This document shows positions 38,894-48,687 of a stretch of 64,000 nucleotides of DNA, piece after piece. This DNA comes from Actinomycetales bacterium. Lineage in GTDB: Bacteria; Actinomycetota; Actinomycetes; Actinomycetales; CAWJMD01. The stretch lies in NCBI GenBank assembly GCA_047974565.1, contig JBKECN010000077.1:9723-73722 (forward strand), given 5' to 3'. Made by a program: the position numbers and the translations under genes. Each line of letters starts with the position of its first letter. The stretch's first letter is position 1. The notes beneath the pieces are model-generated. The model was not told where the DNA came from, did not search any database, and saw nothing but the letters and a program-made list of their open reading frames with translations.

Positions 38894-38968
38894 GCCCCCA
38901 TCCTGAACCCACCCGCCCACAGTCCGGGCATCCTCGGCCCTGTCAGCGGCCAGTCGTACGATTCCCCG

Positions 38969-40552
38969 GTGTCCATCACCCTGCAGGCGCCACCCCGCGC
39001 GGAGCCGTCCCGGCTCGGTTCTGGTGAGGCCCGGCTGCGCTGGTGGCTGAGCGGGCCCCGCTCGCGTGACCTGCTGTGGGGGTGGCTGGGTCCGCTGCTG
39101 GTGGCAGTGCTGGCCGGGGTCCTGCGGTTCTGGAACCTGGGTCGCCCGCATCAGCTGGTCTTCGACGAGACGTACTACGTCAAGCAGGCGTACACCCTGC
39201 TGGTGAACGGCTACGAGAACCAGTGGCCGAAAGACGCCGATCAGCTGTTCACCGCGGGTCAGCCGAACTCCTTCCTGGAGGCGCCTGACCGCACAGTCCA
39301 CCCGCCCGTGGGCAAGTGGATGATCGCCTTCGGGGAGTGGCTGTTCGGTATCGACTCCTCGGTCGGCTGGCGGTTCTCGGCGGCGTTGGTGGGCACGCTG
39401 ATGGTGCTGATCCTGGCCCGCACCGCGCGCCGGATGTTCGGCTCCACACTGCTGGGCTGTACCGCGGGCCTGCTGCTTGCGGTGGACAGCCATCACCTGG
39501 TGATGAGCAGAACAGGCATCCTCGACATCTTCCTGGCTTTCTGGGTGCTGTGCGCTTTCTCCCTGCTCGTCCTCGACCGCGATCACGCCCGCGACCGAAT
39601 AGCCCACCAGCTCTCGCTCGACCGCTCCGCCGTGGCGGGCCTGGGGCCGTGGTTCGGGGTACGGCCGTTGCGATTGGCCGCTGCGGTCTGCCTCGGCCTG
39701 GCGTGTGGGGTCAAGTGGTCCGGGTTGTATTTCCTGGCCGCCTTCTGTCTGCTCACCGTGTTCTGGGACTACTCGGCGCGTCGAGCGCTGGGGGTGCGTC
39801 AGCCGTGGTGGGGAATGGTCGTGAAGGACGGCATCCCGGCGGCGTTGACGATGTTGCCGGTGGCGGTGCTGACCTACCTGGCGACGTGGATCCCGTGGAT
39901 GGCTTCGGACAGGTCGTACTTTCGCCAGTGGGGTGCGGAGAATCCTTCTGACACCTGGGTGCCTGACGTGCTCCGCTCGCTGTGGCACTACCACGCGGAC
40001 ATGTGGCAGTTCCACACCACGCTGTCGAGCACGCACCCGTACATGAGCAAGCCGTGGGCGTGGTTGTTCAACACCCGGCCCACCTCCTTCTTCTACGAGG
40101 GGCCGAAACAGGGCGAGGACGGGTGCACGGTCGAGTTGTGCTCCAAAGCCATCACCTCGGTGGGCAATCCGATCGTGTGGTGGGGGGCCGCGCTGTCGAT
40201 CGGGGTGCTGGTCGTGGTGTGGATGGCCCGCCGGGACTGGCGGGCCGGGGCCATCCTGATGGCCTTCGCCGCCGGTTGGGCGCCCTGGTTCCTGTATCCG
40301 GAGCGGACGATCTACTCGTTCTATGCGGTGGCCTTCGTCCCCTACCTGGTCTTGGCGCTGACCTTCGTGCTCGGGATGATCCTGGGCGGCCCGGGCATGG
40401 GTGCCGAACGCAGGATGTGGGGAGCCGCCGTCGCCGGCGGCATCGTTGTCCTGGCGGTCCTGGTGCTGGCCTTCTTCTGGCCGGTGCTCACCGCCGAGGT
40501 GATCCCGAACCCGGCCTGGCAGACCCGGATGTGGCTGCCGTCCTGGGTGTGA
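38969..40552 (+). CDS. pmt: Dolichyl-phosphate-mannose--protein mannosyltransferase (PMT family)
   Basis: ORF 38246..40552 trimmed to GTG 38969 (start uncertain). Sequence contains LVFDETYYVKQAYTLL and HPPVGKWMIAFGEWLFG; polytopic. It is divergent from rsmI, as in mycobacteria. Confidence 0.8.
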   Translation: MSITLQAPPRAEPSRLGSGEARLRWWLSGPRSRDLLWGWLGPLLVAVLAGVLRFWNLGRPHQLVFDETYYVKQAYTLLVNGYENQWPKDADQLFTAGQPNSFLEAPDRTVHPPVGKWMIAFGEWLFGIDSSVGWRFSAALVGTLMVLILARTARRMFGSTLLGCTAGLLLAVDSHHLVMSRTGILDIFLAFWVLCAFSLLVLDRDHARDRIAHQLSLDRSAVAGLGPWFGVRPLRLAAAVCLGLACGVKWSGLYFLAAFCLLTVFWDYSARRALGVRQPWWGMVVKDGIPAALTMLPVAVLTYLATWIPWMASDRSYFRQWGAENPSDTWVPDVLRSLWHYHADMWQFHTTLSSTHPYMSKPWAWLFNTRPTSFFYEGPKQGEDGCTVELCSKAITSVGNPIVWWGAALSIGVLVVVWMARRDWRAGAILMAFAAGWAPWFLYPERTIYSFYAVAFVPYLVLALTFVLGMILGGPGMGAERRMWGAAVAGGIVVLAVLVLAFFWPVLTAEVIPNPAWQTRMWLPSWV

Positions 40553-40613
40553 GCCGCGCCGTTACCGGTTAGGGGTCGCAGTGGCCGGGTGCTACCCTTG
40601 GTCGTCGTCTCAA

Positions 40614-40686
40614 GGGGCTGTAGCGCAGCTGGTAGCGCACCTCGTTCGCATCGAGGGGGTCAGGGGTTCGAGTCCCCTCAGCTCCA
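40614..40686 (+). tRNA. tRNA-Ala (anticodon CGC)
   Basis: Hand-folded 73-nt cloverleaf: acceptor GGGGCTG/CAGCTCC with G3:U70, D arm GCGC-AGCTGGTA-GCGC, anticodon arm CCTCG-TTCGCAT-CGAGG, T arm AGGGG-TTCGAGT-CCCCT, discriminator A. No CCA is encoded. Confidence 0.9.
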
Positions 40687-42338
40687 CCCCACGCACAAGG
40701 CTCGAACCCTTGCCAACGTCAATGTTGGTAGAGGTTCGGGCCTTGTCGGCATCTGCGGCCCAGGTCAGCGCGTTGGCGTTGACCTGCGGGTCGAGCAGCA
40801 TTTCTAAGGGCCGGTTGTGCTCGACGCGCAGCTCGTTGTCCTCGTCGATGAAGACCTTGGTGAAGAACGCCTGGTTGCAAAGCCGCCGGTTCGTGTCGTC
40901 GCAGCGGGCGTAGATGTCGGCGCAGTTCGCGAGCAGCCCGAGCGCGTCGTCGAGGTGGGCTCGGGCGTCGGCGTAGTCGCCATAGTGGGCGTCGATGCGC
41001 CGGGTAACTTTGTCCAGTTCACCCGTGATGCGGTCCTGTTCGCGTTTGAGCACGGTGAGCGGGATGGCGTCGGCGTAGTGGGCTTGCATGAGCCGGTCTT
41101 GCTCACCTTCGAGCCGGTCACGGTTCGCGGCGAGCCGCGCGAGTTCGTCGGTTTCGGCGGCCATGAGGCGGTCGAACTCGTGGTGCAGCATCCCGGCGAG
41201 CGCGTCCTGCTGGGCTGGGGTGATCTGGACGCGCTTGTAGTAGTCCTCGACGAGCTCTCGACATCGTCGATGAGCATGGCCTGGCGGGTGCAGTCGGTGC
41301 GCTTGGAGTGCCGACCGGAGCACACGAAGTAGCAGTGGACGTTGCCGTGGCGGTTCTTCGCGTTGGAGACGATGAGCCGTGAGCCGCACTGTCCGCAATG
41401 GATCGTGCCCTTGAGGTAGTGGCCGTGCACCTGGGTCGCTTCGACGGCGCACTGGTGCGCGGTCAGCACCGACTGGACCTGGTACCAGACCTCGGCAGGG
41501 ACCAGCGCTGGGTGGTTGCCCTTGTAGCGGGTGCCTCGGTAGATGACATCGCCCTTGTAGTACGGGTTGGTAAGCATGCGGTGGACACTGGACACGGCCA
41601 GCGGCTTCGCTGGCGCTTCGGCGTCGGCAGGCTCCGCAGCCCCCGCGAGGTGAGTTCGTCGTGGAGTTGGCTGACGCTCCAGTCCCCGGAGGCGTACGCC
41701 TTGAACGCCCACTCGATCATCGGTGCCCGCTCCGGGTCGAGTTCGATCGTGCGCAGCTCACGTCCCAACTCGTCGCGCGTGCGGACATTGAGGTAGCCGA
41801 TGGGTGCCTTCCCGTTGGTGCCACAGCCGATGGCTTTCTGGTTCATGCCTTTGGCCACCTCGGTGGCCAGGTTGCGGCTGTAGAACTCGGCGATCGTGGA
41901 CATGATGCCGTGCAGCAGCATCCCCGAGGGGGTCTCGTCGATGTTCTCCGTCGCGGAGACGAGCATGACCCCGCACTGTTGAAGGGCGAGGTGAATGCTC
42001 ACGTCGTCGGCGCGGTTGCGGACGAGCCGGTCGACCTTGTGGACGATGCAGTAGGAGACCTTGTTTGCCTTGACGTACTGGATCATCCGCATCAGCTCGG
42101 GCCGGTCCGAGGACTTGGCCGAGGCCCCGGCGTCGATGAACTCCTCGACGACCCCGGCCCCGAGCTGATCGGCCTTTCGTCGGGTGGCTTCGCGTTGCGC
42201 GGGGATCGAGAACCCCTCGTCGGTGCCGCCCTTCTCCGCCTGTTCTCGGGTGGATACCCGCAGGTAGGACACCGCGACAGCATCGCCCCTGGGTGGGTCG
42301 ATCAGGCTGGCCGTTGGATCGTCGGCGACGGCGGTCAT
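40687..42338 (-). pseudogene. Large serine recombinase, disrupted by two frameshifts
   Basis: ATG 42338. The N-terminus AVSYLRVSTREQ...VHKVDRLVRNRADD is the resolvase catalytic domain. The sequence continues in a second frame after PTPKR (about 41615: ...PAKPLAVSSVHRMLTNPYYKGD, Zn-ribbon CGQCGSRL) and in a third frame after AMLIDDVE (about 41262: ...LVEDYYKRVQITPAQQ). The last frame reads on into antisense tRNA-Ala. Confidence 0.8.
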
Positions 42339-42522
42339 CGGGGGCTCACTCTCACGCGGTTCGACCCCTCGCGCTCTCCGTTGCCGTGGGAGGGGTGTTG
42401 ATCGTGAGAGCAGCCGATGAAGGCTGTAGGGCGAGACCCGGATCGGGTCTCGGTGCGTGTTGCCCGTCGGATGACGAGGTTTGAGCCACAACACCCCGCA
42501 TCGCGAGGCTTGTGCGTTGATT

Positions 42523-42750
42523 CTATCTGGCCGTCTCGGACACGGCCAGGGCAACCGAGTCCGTGCGGTACGTGTCGGCTGCTCGGGCCGCCGCGCGGGC
42601 GACTCTGCTCTCACCTGTTTCCTGCAACGTCAGACGGATGAGGACCTCGGCGAGCTTGTGCAGGTCGGCGCGGTCGCGGTGCACGGCTCGGACGGAGAAC
42701 GACCGCTCCTCGTACGGGCGGCGGTCGGTCTTCTTGGTGTATCGGCTCAT
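42523..42750 (-). CDS. Hypothetical small protein (75 aa)
   Basis: Intact ORF in the ICE gene string (MSRYTKKTDRRPYEERSFSVRAVHRDRADLHKLAEVLIRL...). No family recognised. Confidence 0.4.
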   Translation of the reverse strand: MSRYTKKTDRRPYEERSFSVRAVHRDRADLHKLAEVLIRLTLQETGESRVARAAARAADTYRTDSVALAVSETAR

Positions 42751-42754
42751 CGGT

Positions 42755-43351
42755 CTATGGCGCTTCGTCGTCGTCGCCGAGGGTCGCGTAGAACTCGTCC
42801 TCAGCTTCCTGGCGCTTGCGGACCTGGGCGATCACGAGCTCGACAAACTCGGTGTCGCTGTCGTCGAACTTCACGTCCTCAATCGGGGCCTGTGGCTCTT
42901 CGCCGGGCCAGAACGCCTGACGGGTCGGGCGGTCTCGATCGCCGCGCGTGCCGCAGGCTGTGACCCAGTAGCGGACCCGTTCGCGTGCGTCGGCGAAGTC
43001 GCGGTGCCAGCCGAGCGGTGCTGACCCAGCCTGCTCAGGGTCGTATGCGGCGAGCCAGTGCAGATGCAGCGCGGAGAGCTCCCACACGAGTTCTGGGTGG
43101 TGGTGCCAGAACGGCGGGACGACCAACGCCTGGAGGCCGTAGGTGAGGCGAAGCCAGTCCACCCACCGGTTGAGTGCGAGCCATTCCTGTTCTAGCTCGT
43201 GTGCTGTCAGCAGGCTCCAGTTCACCGGGTGTGGGGGCTCAGGCAGATCGGCGTTCGTGACGCGTGGTGGTCCATCGAACACGTCGGGTTCGTCGGCTTC
43301 GGGCAGATCGGAGTCACGCAGCTCAGGATGCTGTTCGCTCATGGTCGTCAC
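42755..43351 (-). CDS. Hypothetical ICE protein with acidic termini and a Trp/His-rich core
   Basis: 198-aa ORF tightly packed between neighbouring ICE genes. It has protein-like composition (ELEQEWLALNRWVDWLRLTYGLQALVVPPFWHHHPELVWEL). Confidence 0.55.
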   Translation of the reverse strand: MTTMSEQHPELRDSDLPEADEPDVFDGPPRVTNADLPEPPHPVNWSLLTAHELEQEWLALNRWVDWLRLTYGLQALVVPPFWHHHPELVWELSALHLHWLAAYDPEQAGSAPLGWHRDFADARERVRYWVTACGTRGDRDRPTRQAFWPGEEPQAPIEDVKFDDSDTEFVELVIAQVRKRQEAEDEFYATLGDDDEAP

Positions 43352-43357
43352 CGCTGG

Positions 43358-43801
43358 TCACATGCTGACGGCCGAGGCCTGCGCCGTCGGCGTCGATCGC
43401 TGCGGCGGCTCGTAAGCTGTGGCCTCGCGAGTCATCGAGTTGCGGGGTGAGCGGTCCACCTCGTAGCGGGTGCGGGCCGCGTCGTGGCCGATCTTCTTGG
43501 CGACGAACTCCTCGGTCTCGACCGCCTGGCCATTGCGCTCGTAGTTGACTTCGCGCGTGTATCCCTCGGCGACGAAGTTGTCGCCCGGAACGAAGTTCGC
43601 GTGGGCGTGCTCGGCGGAGCGGCCGAACATCACGAGGTGGTGGTAGGTCGTCTCGGTCTGTGTGAACGAGCAGTCCTCTTCGCGGCGGAAGTGCTCCTTC
43701 CCGATCCGGGCGAAGAACCGTGCGTCTCCCTTGGCGGTCTGCGTCAGCAGCGGGTCGGAAGCGATGAACCCCGAGAGTGACTCCTGCGTGTGAATGGCCA
43801 T
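43358..43801 (-). CDS. ssb: Single-stranded DNA-binding protein (OB fold), ICE-encoded
   Basis: 147 aa reading ESLSGFIASDPLLTQTAKGDARFFARIG...TYHHLVMFGRSAEHAHANFVPGDNFVAEGY..., SSB-like. It lacks an acidic DDDIPF-type tail. Confidence 0.7.
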   Translation of the reverse strand: MAIHTQESLSGFIASDPLLTQTAKGDARFFARIGKEHFRREEDCSFTQTETTYHHLVMFGRSAEHAHANFVPGDNFVAEGYTREVNYERNGQAVETEEFVAKKIGHDAARTRYEVDRSPRNSMTREATAYEPPQRSTPTAQASAVSM

Positions 43802-43849
43802 GAGGCTGTCCTCCTGATCTCAGGCGGCCAGTCCGTCGTGGCCGCTGCA

Positions 43850-45640
43850 TCAGGCAGGTGCGCTCCCGCACCCCACGCCCGCGTCAGGGTGCGGGGCGGC
43901 GTAGCAGGGCTTCGAGTTCGGTGCGGTCGTTGCGGACTGGGCGGCGTCGGGGCGGTCGGGCCAGGGGCGTAGGTCGGTGACGATGGGTGGCGCGGAGCGC
44001 AGCATGGTGATCCCGGTGCCAAACGGAAGAGTGCGGATGCGGTCGGGCGGCAGGATCGGGACGCGCCGTATGGAGCGCTGGTTTGAGCGGGTGCCGCGGT
44101 CGCCGAGGGTCACGCTGTCGGTGTACTCGTCGCATTCGCCGATCAGGGTGGAGAGGTCTTGGAGGTCACGACTGTTGGATGCGCCGCCGAGGATGATCTT
44201 GACGATGCTGGCGTCCCAGATCGCCCCGGCTTGGTGCTCGCTCCACCGGTCGCGGGCTTGAGCGAGGCACTGCAACACCGGCATCGTGGTGATCCCTGTG
44301 CCACCACCTTCAGCCATCAGCGACGGGAGGGGCGCGAGGTTGCCGATCTCGTCCAGCGCCAGCAACAGCGGCGGGTCGAGTCGGGCTCCGGGTGAGCGGG
44401 CGGCGAGACGGCGCGCGGTTTCGATGAGGTCCTCCACGAGCGCGGCGGACGCGCCGGCCCCGGCTCCGGTGGCGAGCAGATAGAGCGTGCCTTGCTGGGT
44501 GAGGAAGGTTTCGGGGTCGAAGTGCTCGTTGGGGCCGGGTGTGACGGCATCGAGCACTCGGGGGTCGGCGAGGGCTGCGAGTGCGAGGGAGACGCCTTGC
44601 CAGATGCTGTCGCGGGTCTTGGGGTCGGCGTCGATCATTGCGCCGAGCGAGTCGCCCCAGCCCATCGCGGCGTTCGGGTTCGAGTTCAGGATCGCGACCG
44701 CCTCGGCAGCAGCGCTGAGGTCCAGAGTCCACCGGAACAACTCAGCAGGAGGACGACCGTCAAGAGCGGCGGCGTGCAGCAGCGCCTGGAGGGCGGTGCG
44801 GGTCTTGCCTTCCCAGAACCCGCCAGACTCCACACCCCCGAAGGAGAGGCCGGTGGCGGCAGCAAGTCCATTGGCGCGGATCATCGCGGTCAACGGGTCC
44901 TCACACCCGCGCACGGGTGACCAGCGCAGACCAGCGGGGATGCCCTCGGCCAGGTGTTGCGGGTCGAACACCGCGACCGGCCCACCCTTCCGACGGCGAG
45001 CTCGCAAGGTGGCGGTGAGGTTGTCTGGCCTGGTGCTGGTGGTGACGACGGCTCCGGGGGCGTCGAGGATCGCGTTGATGACAACGTGCAGACCCTTGCC
45101 CGAGCGGGGCGGGCCGATCAACAGGATCGAGTCCTCCACCGACGCCCACACCCCCGTGCCACGACTGGCCCCGAGGAGGTAGCCGACATCCGCAGGTGTC
45201 GGCGTCTCCAGTGACGGTCGCAGCGTTCCGGCACGATGCAGGAGTGCTTTCGCCGATGCCGTTGTCTTCACCTCGTGCGCAGTCGAGATCCCGGCGAGGC
45301 GATGCGGGTCGGTCTCGGTCTTCCGGTTGTGGCGACGCAGCAGCATCCACACCCACGCGACCCCGACGACGAGCGCCGCGAGCAGCAGGGTCGTGACGAT
45401 CCAGTAGACGACCGGGCTGAGACCTTCCGCGTCGAGTACCCCGGCGGGGTCGGTGGGGTTGAACAGCACCCCGAGCCCCGATGCCGGTCCTGCCGCTGGT
45501 TGGGGTGTGCCGGAGAGGAACGCGGCGACCGATCCGGCGCCGCGCAGAGCAAGGGCGAGGCCGAAGGCTCCGATCAGGGCGATGAGGGCGGCGTTGGTGA
45601 GTTCGTCGCCCATACCCCCGCCGCGTTGTGTCTGGCTCAT
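43850..45640 (-). CDS. Type IV coupling protein (TraG/TraD/VirD4 family)
   Basis: 596 aa with N-terminal TM helices, Walker A GPPRSGKG and Walker B LLLALDEIGN. ATGA overlap with the upstream ORF. Confidence 0.85.
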   Translation of the reverse strand: MSQTQRGGGMGDELTNAALIALIGAFGLALALRGAGSVAAFLSGTPQPAAGPASGLGVLFNPTDPAGVLDAEGLSPVVYWIVTTLLLAALVVGVAWVWMLLRRHNRKTETDPHRLAGISTAHEVKTTASAKALLHRAGTLRPSLETPTPADVGYLLGASRGTGVWASVEDSILLIGPPRSGKGLHVVINAILDAPGAVVTTSTRPDNLTATLRARRRKGGPVAVFDPQHLAEGIPAGLRWSPVRGCEDPLTAMIRANGLAAATGLSFGGVESGGFWEGKTRTALQALLHAAALDGRPPAELFRWTLDLSAAAEAVAILNSNPNAAMGWGDSLGAMIDADPKTRDSIWQGVSLALAALADPRVLDAVTPGPNEHFDPETFLTQQGTLYLLATGAGAGASAALVEDLIETARRLAARSPGARLDPPLLLALDEIGNLAPLPSLMAEGGGTGITTMPVLQCLAQARDRWSEHQAGAIWDASIVKIILGGASNSRDLQDLSTLIGECDEYTDSVTLGDRGTRSNQRSIRRVPILPPDRIRTLPFGTGITMLRSAPPIVTDLRPWPDRPDAAQSATTAPNSKPCYAAPHPDAGVGCGSAPA

Positions 45641-46155
45641 TGGAACCGCCGAATCGCCGTCGTGCCCGATATGCGCCCGAACAGGATCGCCTCGCCCGTC
45701 GAGCCGGGCGGGAGGTCGTCGAGATCGACCAGCGCCCGGGCCATCCCAGTGTGGGCGGCGTCAGTGTGGCTCACGATGACCGCTACGGCAACATCCTCAC
45801 CAGGCACGAAACCCTCACCCTCCACCTCCATGAGCCACAGGGGACGCGGGCTGGCGGCGCGGCGACCTCGCCGCGTGCCCGGCACCGGTGCCTGCTCGGC
45901 TGCTCGTGCGGGTGGGGTTGGTTTGCGGGCGTGGATGATGTCGGTGAACACGCCACCGTCGCACTCGCGGACCTCGACCCGCACCGAGACAGTGCGGTCC
46001 TTCGTGATCTCGTCCATCAACGGCCCGAACGTCGCCCGAGTCCACGCACCCGCAGCAGGTTGCGGATGGACGATGCCATCGACGGCTGCGGTTAGGGTGC
46101 CGTCCGCGGCGACGGTGACGACCACGTTGGGCAGATCGACGGGCACCTCGGGCAC
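45637..46155 (-). CDS. Hypothetical ICE protein (start uncertain; currently fused in-frame to the upstream ATPase reading frame)
   Basis: The C-terminal 171 codons of ORF 45637..47979 (PEVPVDLPNVVVTVAADGTLTAAVDG...) are protein-like and precede the coupling-protein gene. A candidate GTG start lies at about 46155. Confidence 0.45.
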   Translation of the reverse strand: MPEVPVDLPNVVVTVAADGTLTAAVDGIVHPQPAAGAWTRATFGPLMDEITKDRTVSVRVEVRECDGGVFTDIIHARKPTPPARAAEQAPVPGTRRGRRAASPRPLWLMEVEGEGFVPGEDVAVAVIVSHTDAAHTGMARALVDLDDLPPGSTGEAILFGRISGTTAIRRFQ

Positions 46156-46189
46156 GTGATCGCGGGAGTGGTGTGTGGGCGTGAGAGGT

Positions 46190-47673
46190 TCATCGGTGAC
46201 CCCCAGCCGCGCGAGAGCTCGTATCGAACAGGGCGAGTTCGGCGGGGTGGAGTTGGTGCTGGTGACGAAGCTCCTGGCCTTGATCCGCCAGAGCCCTTGG
46301 CCGACGCCCAGGTTCGGGAGGAGTTGCTGCTCGGTGCCGGTCAGGCCGAGCGCGGAGGCGGCGGGTCCGAGCTGGTCGGGTTCCTGCCGGTACACGATCC
46401 GTGTCTCTGCGTTCGCCAACAGGCTGTTGGCGAGGGAGCGCATGGCGGAGCCTTGGTCGCCGACGTTGTCGAGGTCGGTGAGCTTGTGGAAGATCAGCAT
46501 GTTCGCGATCCCGTAGTGCCGGGCGAGCCGCCAGTGCGCATCCATCCGACGCAGCAGCGCGGGGTGGGACATGAGCCGCCAGGCCTCGTCATAGATCACC
46601 CACCGCTGCCCACCATTCGGATCAAGCAAAGCGGACTCCATCCACGCTGACGAGCACGTCATCAACACCGAAATCAGCGTCGAGTTCTCCGTCACCCGCG
46701 ACAGGTCGAGGGAGATCATCGGCAGACTGGGATCGAAGGTCACGGTGGAGGGACCGTCGAACAACCCGGCGAGGTCACCGGCCACGAGTCGGCGCAGAGC
46801 GTGTCCGCCGCGGCGTCCGTCTTCGGCGAGGCGGCCGTCGGGGTCGGTGCTGAGAGCCAGGATGCGATCGACGATCATCGGGAGGATCGGCACCTCGTTC
46901 TCCCGCACCGTCTGCGTCAACGCCAGGTCGATCGCGGTGTGCTCCAACGGCGACAGCCCGCGCGCGAGAACGGTCTCCGCGAGTGCGCCGACCAGGTCGC
47001 GCCTGCGGGCGGCGACGGTGGAGGCCCACTGCTCGTCCGACAGCCCGGACGGGCGGTGGCCCTCGTCGAGCGGGTTCAGCCGCGTATTGAGTCCGTGACC
47101 AAGGACGATAGCTCTGCCGCCGACAGCGTTGGCGACGGCGGTGTGCTCGCCCTTCGGATCGCCGGGGACGTAGACCCTGCGGCCGAACGGCAACGACCGT
47201 GTGTAGAGAGACTTCGCAAGACTCGACTTGCCGGAGCCGACGATCCCGGCCAACACAACGTTCGGAGCGGTGATGATGCCGCGCGCGTACAGCACCCACG
47301 GGTCGTAGACGAACGAGCCGCCGGAGTACAGGTCTTGGCCGACGAACACCCCATCGGCACCGAGGCCTCCTTCGGCGACGAACGGGTACGCCCCCGCCAG
47401 CGTGGCGGAGGTGTACTGGTGCCGTGGGAGCCGGAACCGTCCCGGCGTTCGGAGCTGTGCCGCTCCCGGCTCGCCGCTCTTGGGCAGGTAGATCGTGGCG
47501 CGTCGCTCCGCCCGCTCAGCCTCGGCCTGTGCTTTCGCGGCGGCGAGTTCGGTCTTGCGTTGCTCGGCGTGGAGTCGGGCTTCGGCGCGGCGGCGCTGTG
47601 TGCGGAGCTTGCGGCGTTCCCTCGACGGCGCGACCAGCACGGCCGTATGCAGCCGCTCGCGATCCTGGTTCAC
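46190..47673 (-). pseudogene. VirB4/TraC-like conjugation ATPase with a frameshift about 25 codons before its natural stop
   Basis: GTG 47673 follows GAGG. Walker A is GIVGSGKSS and Walker B is VIYDEAW. After ...WRIKARSFV the listed frame turns non-homologous, while another frame reads HQHQLHPAELALFDTSSRAAGGHR-stop (TGA 46192-46190). Confidence 0.7.
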
Positions 47674-47677
47674 AGTC

Positions 47678-48070
47678 TCAGCCTCGTGATTCGCGGATCG
47701 CGGTGATCTTGGCGGGCTCGAACCACGACCTCGACTGCTTCGGCTGCGGCACGTCATGACGCTTGGGTGCACCCGGCGAGGAGTACGAGACCAGCAGTTC
47801 CGGCCCGTCCCGTGTCGGCGACGACTCGTCAATCGGTTCGGCGCTCGCGTCGGGTTGGGGGTGGCGGCGCAGCAGTGAGACGTACCCCAGGTGCGGGTTG
47901 ACGACTTCAGCGAGCCGGTCGTAGGCCTGATCGACCAGACGAGCCGACCGGCGCAGCTCCTCCGCTGCCACATGGGCATCCTGCACTCCGGCTGTCGAAG
48001 AGGCGGTGCCGTCGCGGTGGATCAACGTGGTGTTCCTCCAAGGAGACGAGGCCGACCGTCCGCTGCGCAT
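47678..48070 (-). CDS. Hypothetical small ICE protein upstream of the ATPase (start uncertain)
   Basis: ORF ending 4 nt before the ATPase GTG. The protein-like part is AAEELRRSARLVDQAYDRLAEVVNPHLGYVSLLRRHPQP...WFEPAKITAIRE. Possible starts are 48070, 47986 or 47971. Confidence 0.45.
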   Translation of the reverse strand: MRSGRSASSPWRNTTLIHRDGTASSTAGVQDAHVAAEELRRSARLVDQAYDRLAEVVNPHLGYVSLLRRHPQPDASAEPIDESSPTRDGPELLVSYSSPGAPKRHDVPQPKQSRSWFEPAKITAIRESRG

Positions 48071-48613
48071 CCTCGGCGAGCTGGGGCATGTCGATGCGGT
48101 GGAGTACCTCGCGCAGTGGGACTACGGCCAGGAGACCACGCAGGCGGCACTTAAGAACGGGTACGTCTACGACGAAACCGGCGAGGGCACGAACGACCGG
48201 GTGATGATCTCCGGCGACTACGCCCTGAGGCGGGCTCAGGATGCCAGGCGATCCGTCCCGCCGCCACGAAGCCTGCGTGGTTTCCGTCGTCGTGGAAAGC
48301 GTGCGCGGCCTTCCGCTCGTGAATGTCAGCGAGCTGTTCCAGCACCTGGTGCAGCGACCGCATCCCCGAAGAAAGGTAACCGATCACCCGTACATCTGTA
48401 CGGGCTGATCGAACGTGCGGCTCGCGTGCGCGAGACCCCGCAAAGCCTCAGACACCTCAGCGGCGTCGGTGGAATCGAAGAACGTGGGCATGGTCGGCCT
48501 CCTGAGTCGTGTGACTCGAAGGTGCGCGCCCAAGACCGTGGTAGAGTACTCATCACAGAGCGGGCGCCATTGATGGGCTAGAGGATCGGAACCTCAGTTC
48601 GCACAAAAACAGT

Positions 48614-48681
48614 GGAGACCCAGGTTCGACTCCTGGCTCCGGCGAAGCCGGATGTAGCTCAATGGGTATAGAGCCCCCGTG
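48614..48681 (+). other. tRNA-like fragments in permuted order: T-arm plus 3' acceptor strand, then 5' acceptor strand plus D-arm
   Basis: GGAG-AC-CCAGG-TTCGACT-CCTGG-CTCCGGC-GAA-GCCGGAT-GTAGCTCAATGGGTATAGAGC-CCCCGTG. It has a canonical T-loop (GGTTCGACTCC) and a D-arm-like segment, but I could not fold a complete cloverleaf. Confidence 0.4.
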
Positions 48682-48687
48682 TTCTTT

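Noticed and set aside
37991-40552. A 681-aa minus ORF (37991..40036) and a 768-aa plus ORF (38246..40552) that overlap each other extensively.
   Set aside because: Only the C-terminal 300 aa of the minus ORF (rsmI, from ATG 38893) look like real protein. The same holds for the part of the plus ORF from about 38969 (pmt). The remainders are read-through extensions with arginine/proline-rich nonsense composition.
48151-48491. A frameshifted small conserved gene (MPTFFDSTDAAEV...QMYG | VIGYLSSGMRSL...).
   Set aside because: The junction is a GTGA stop/start overlap of the kind used by many intact gene pairs in this window. Two coupled small genes are as likely as a frameshift, so it is not counted among the ICE lesions.
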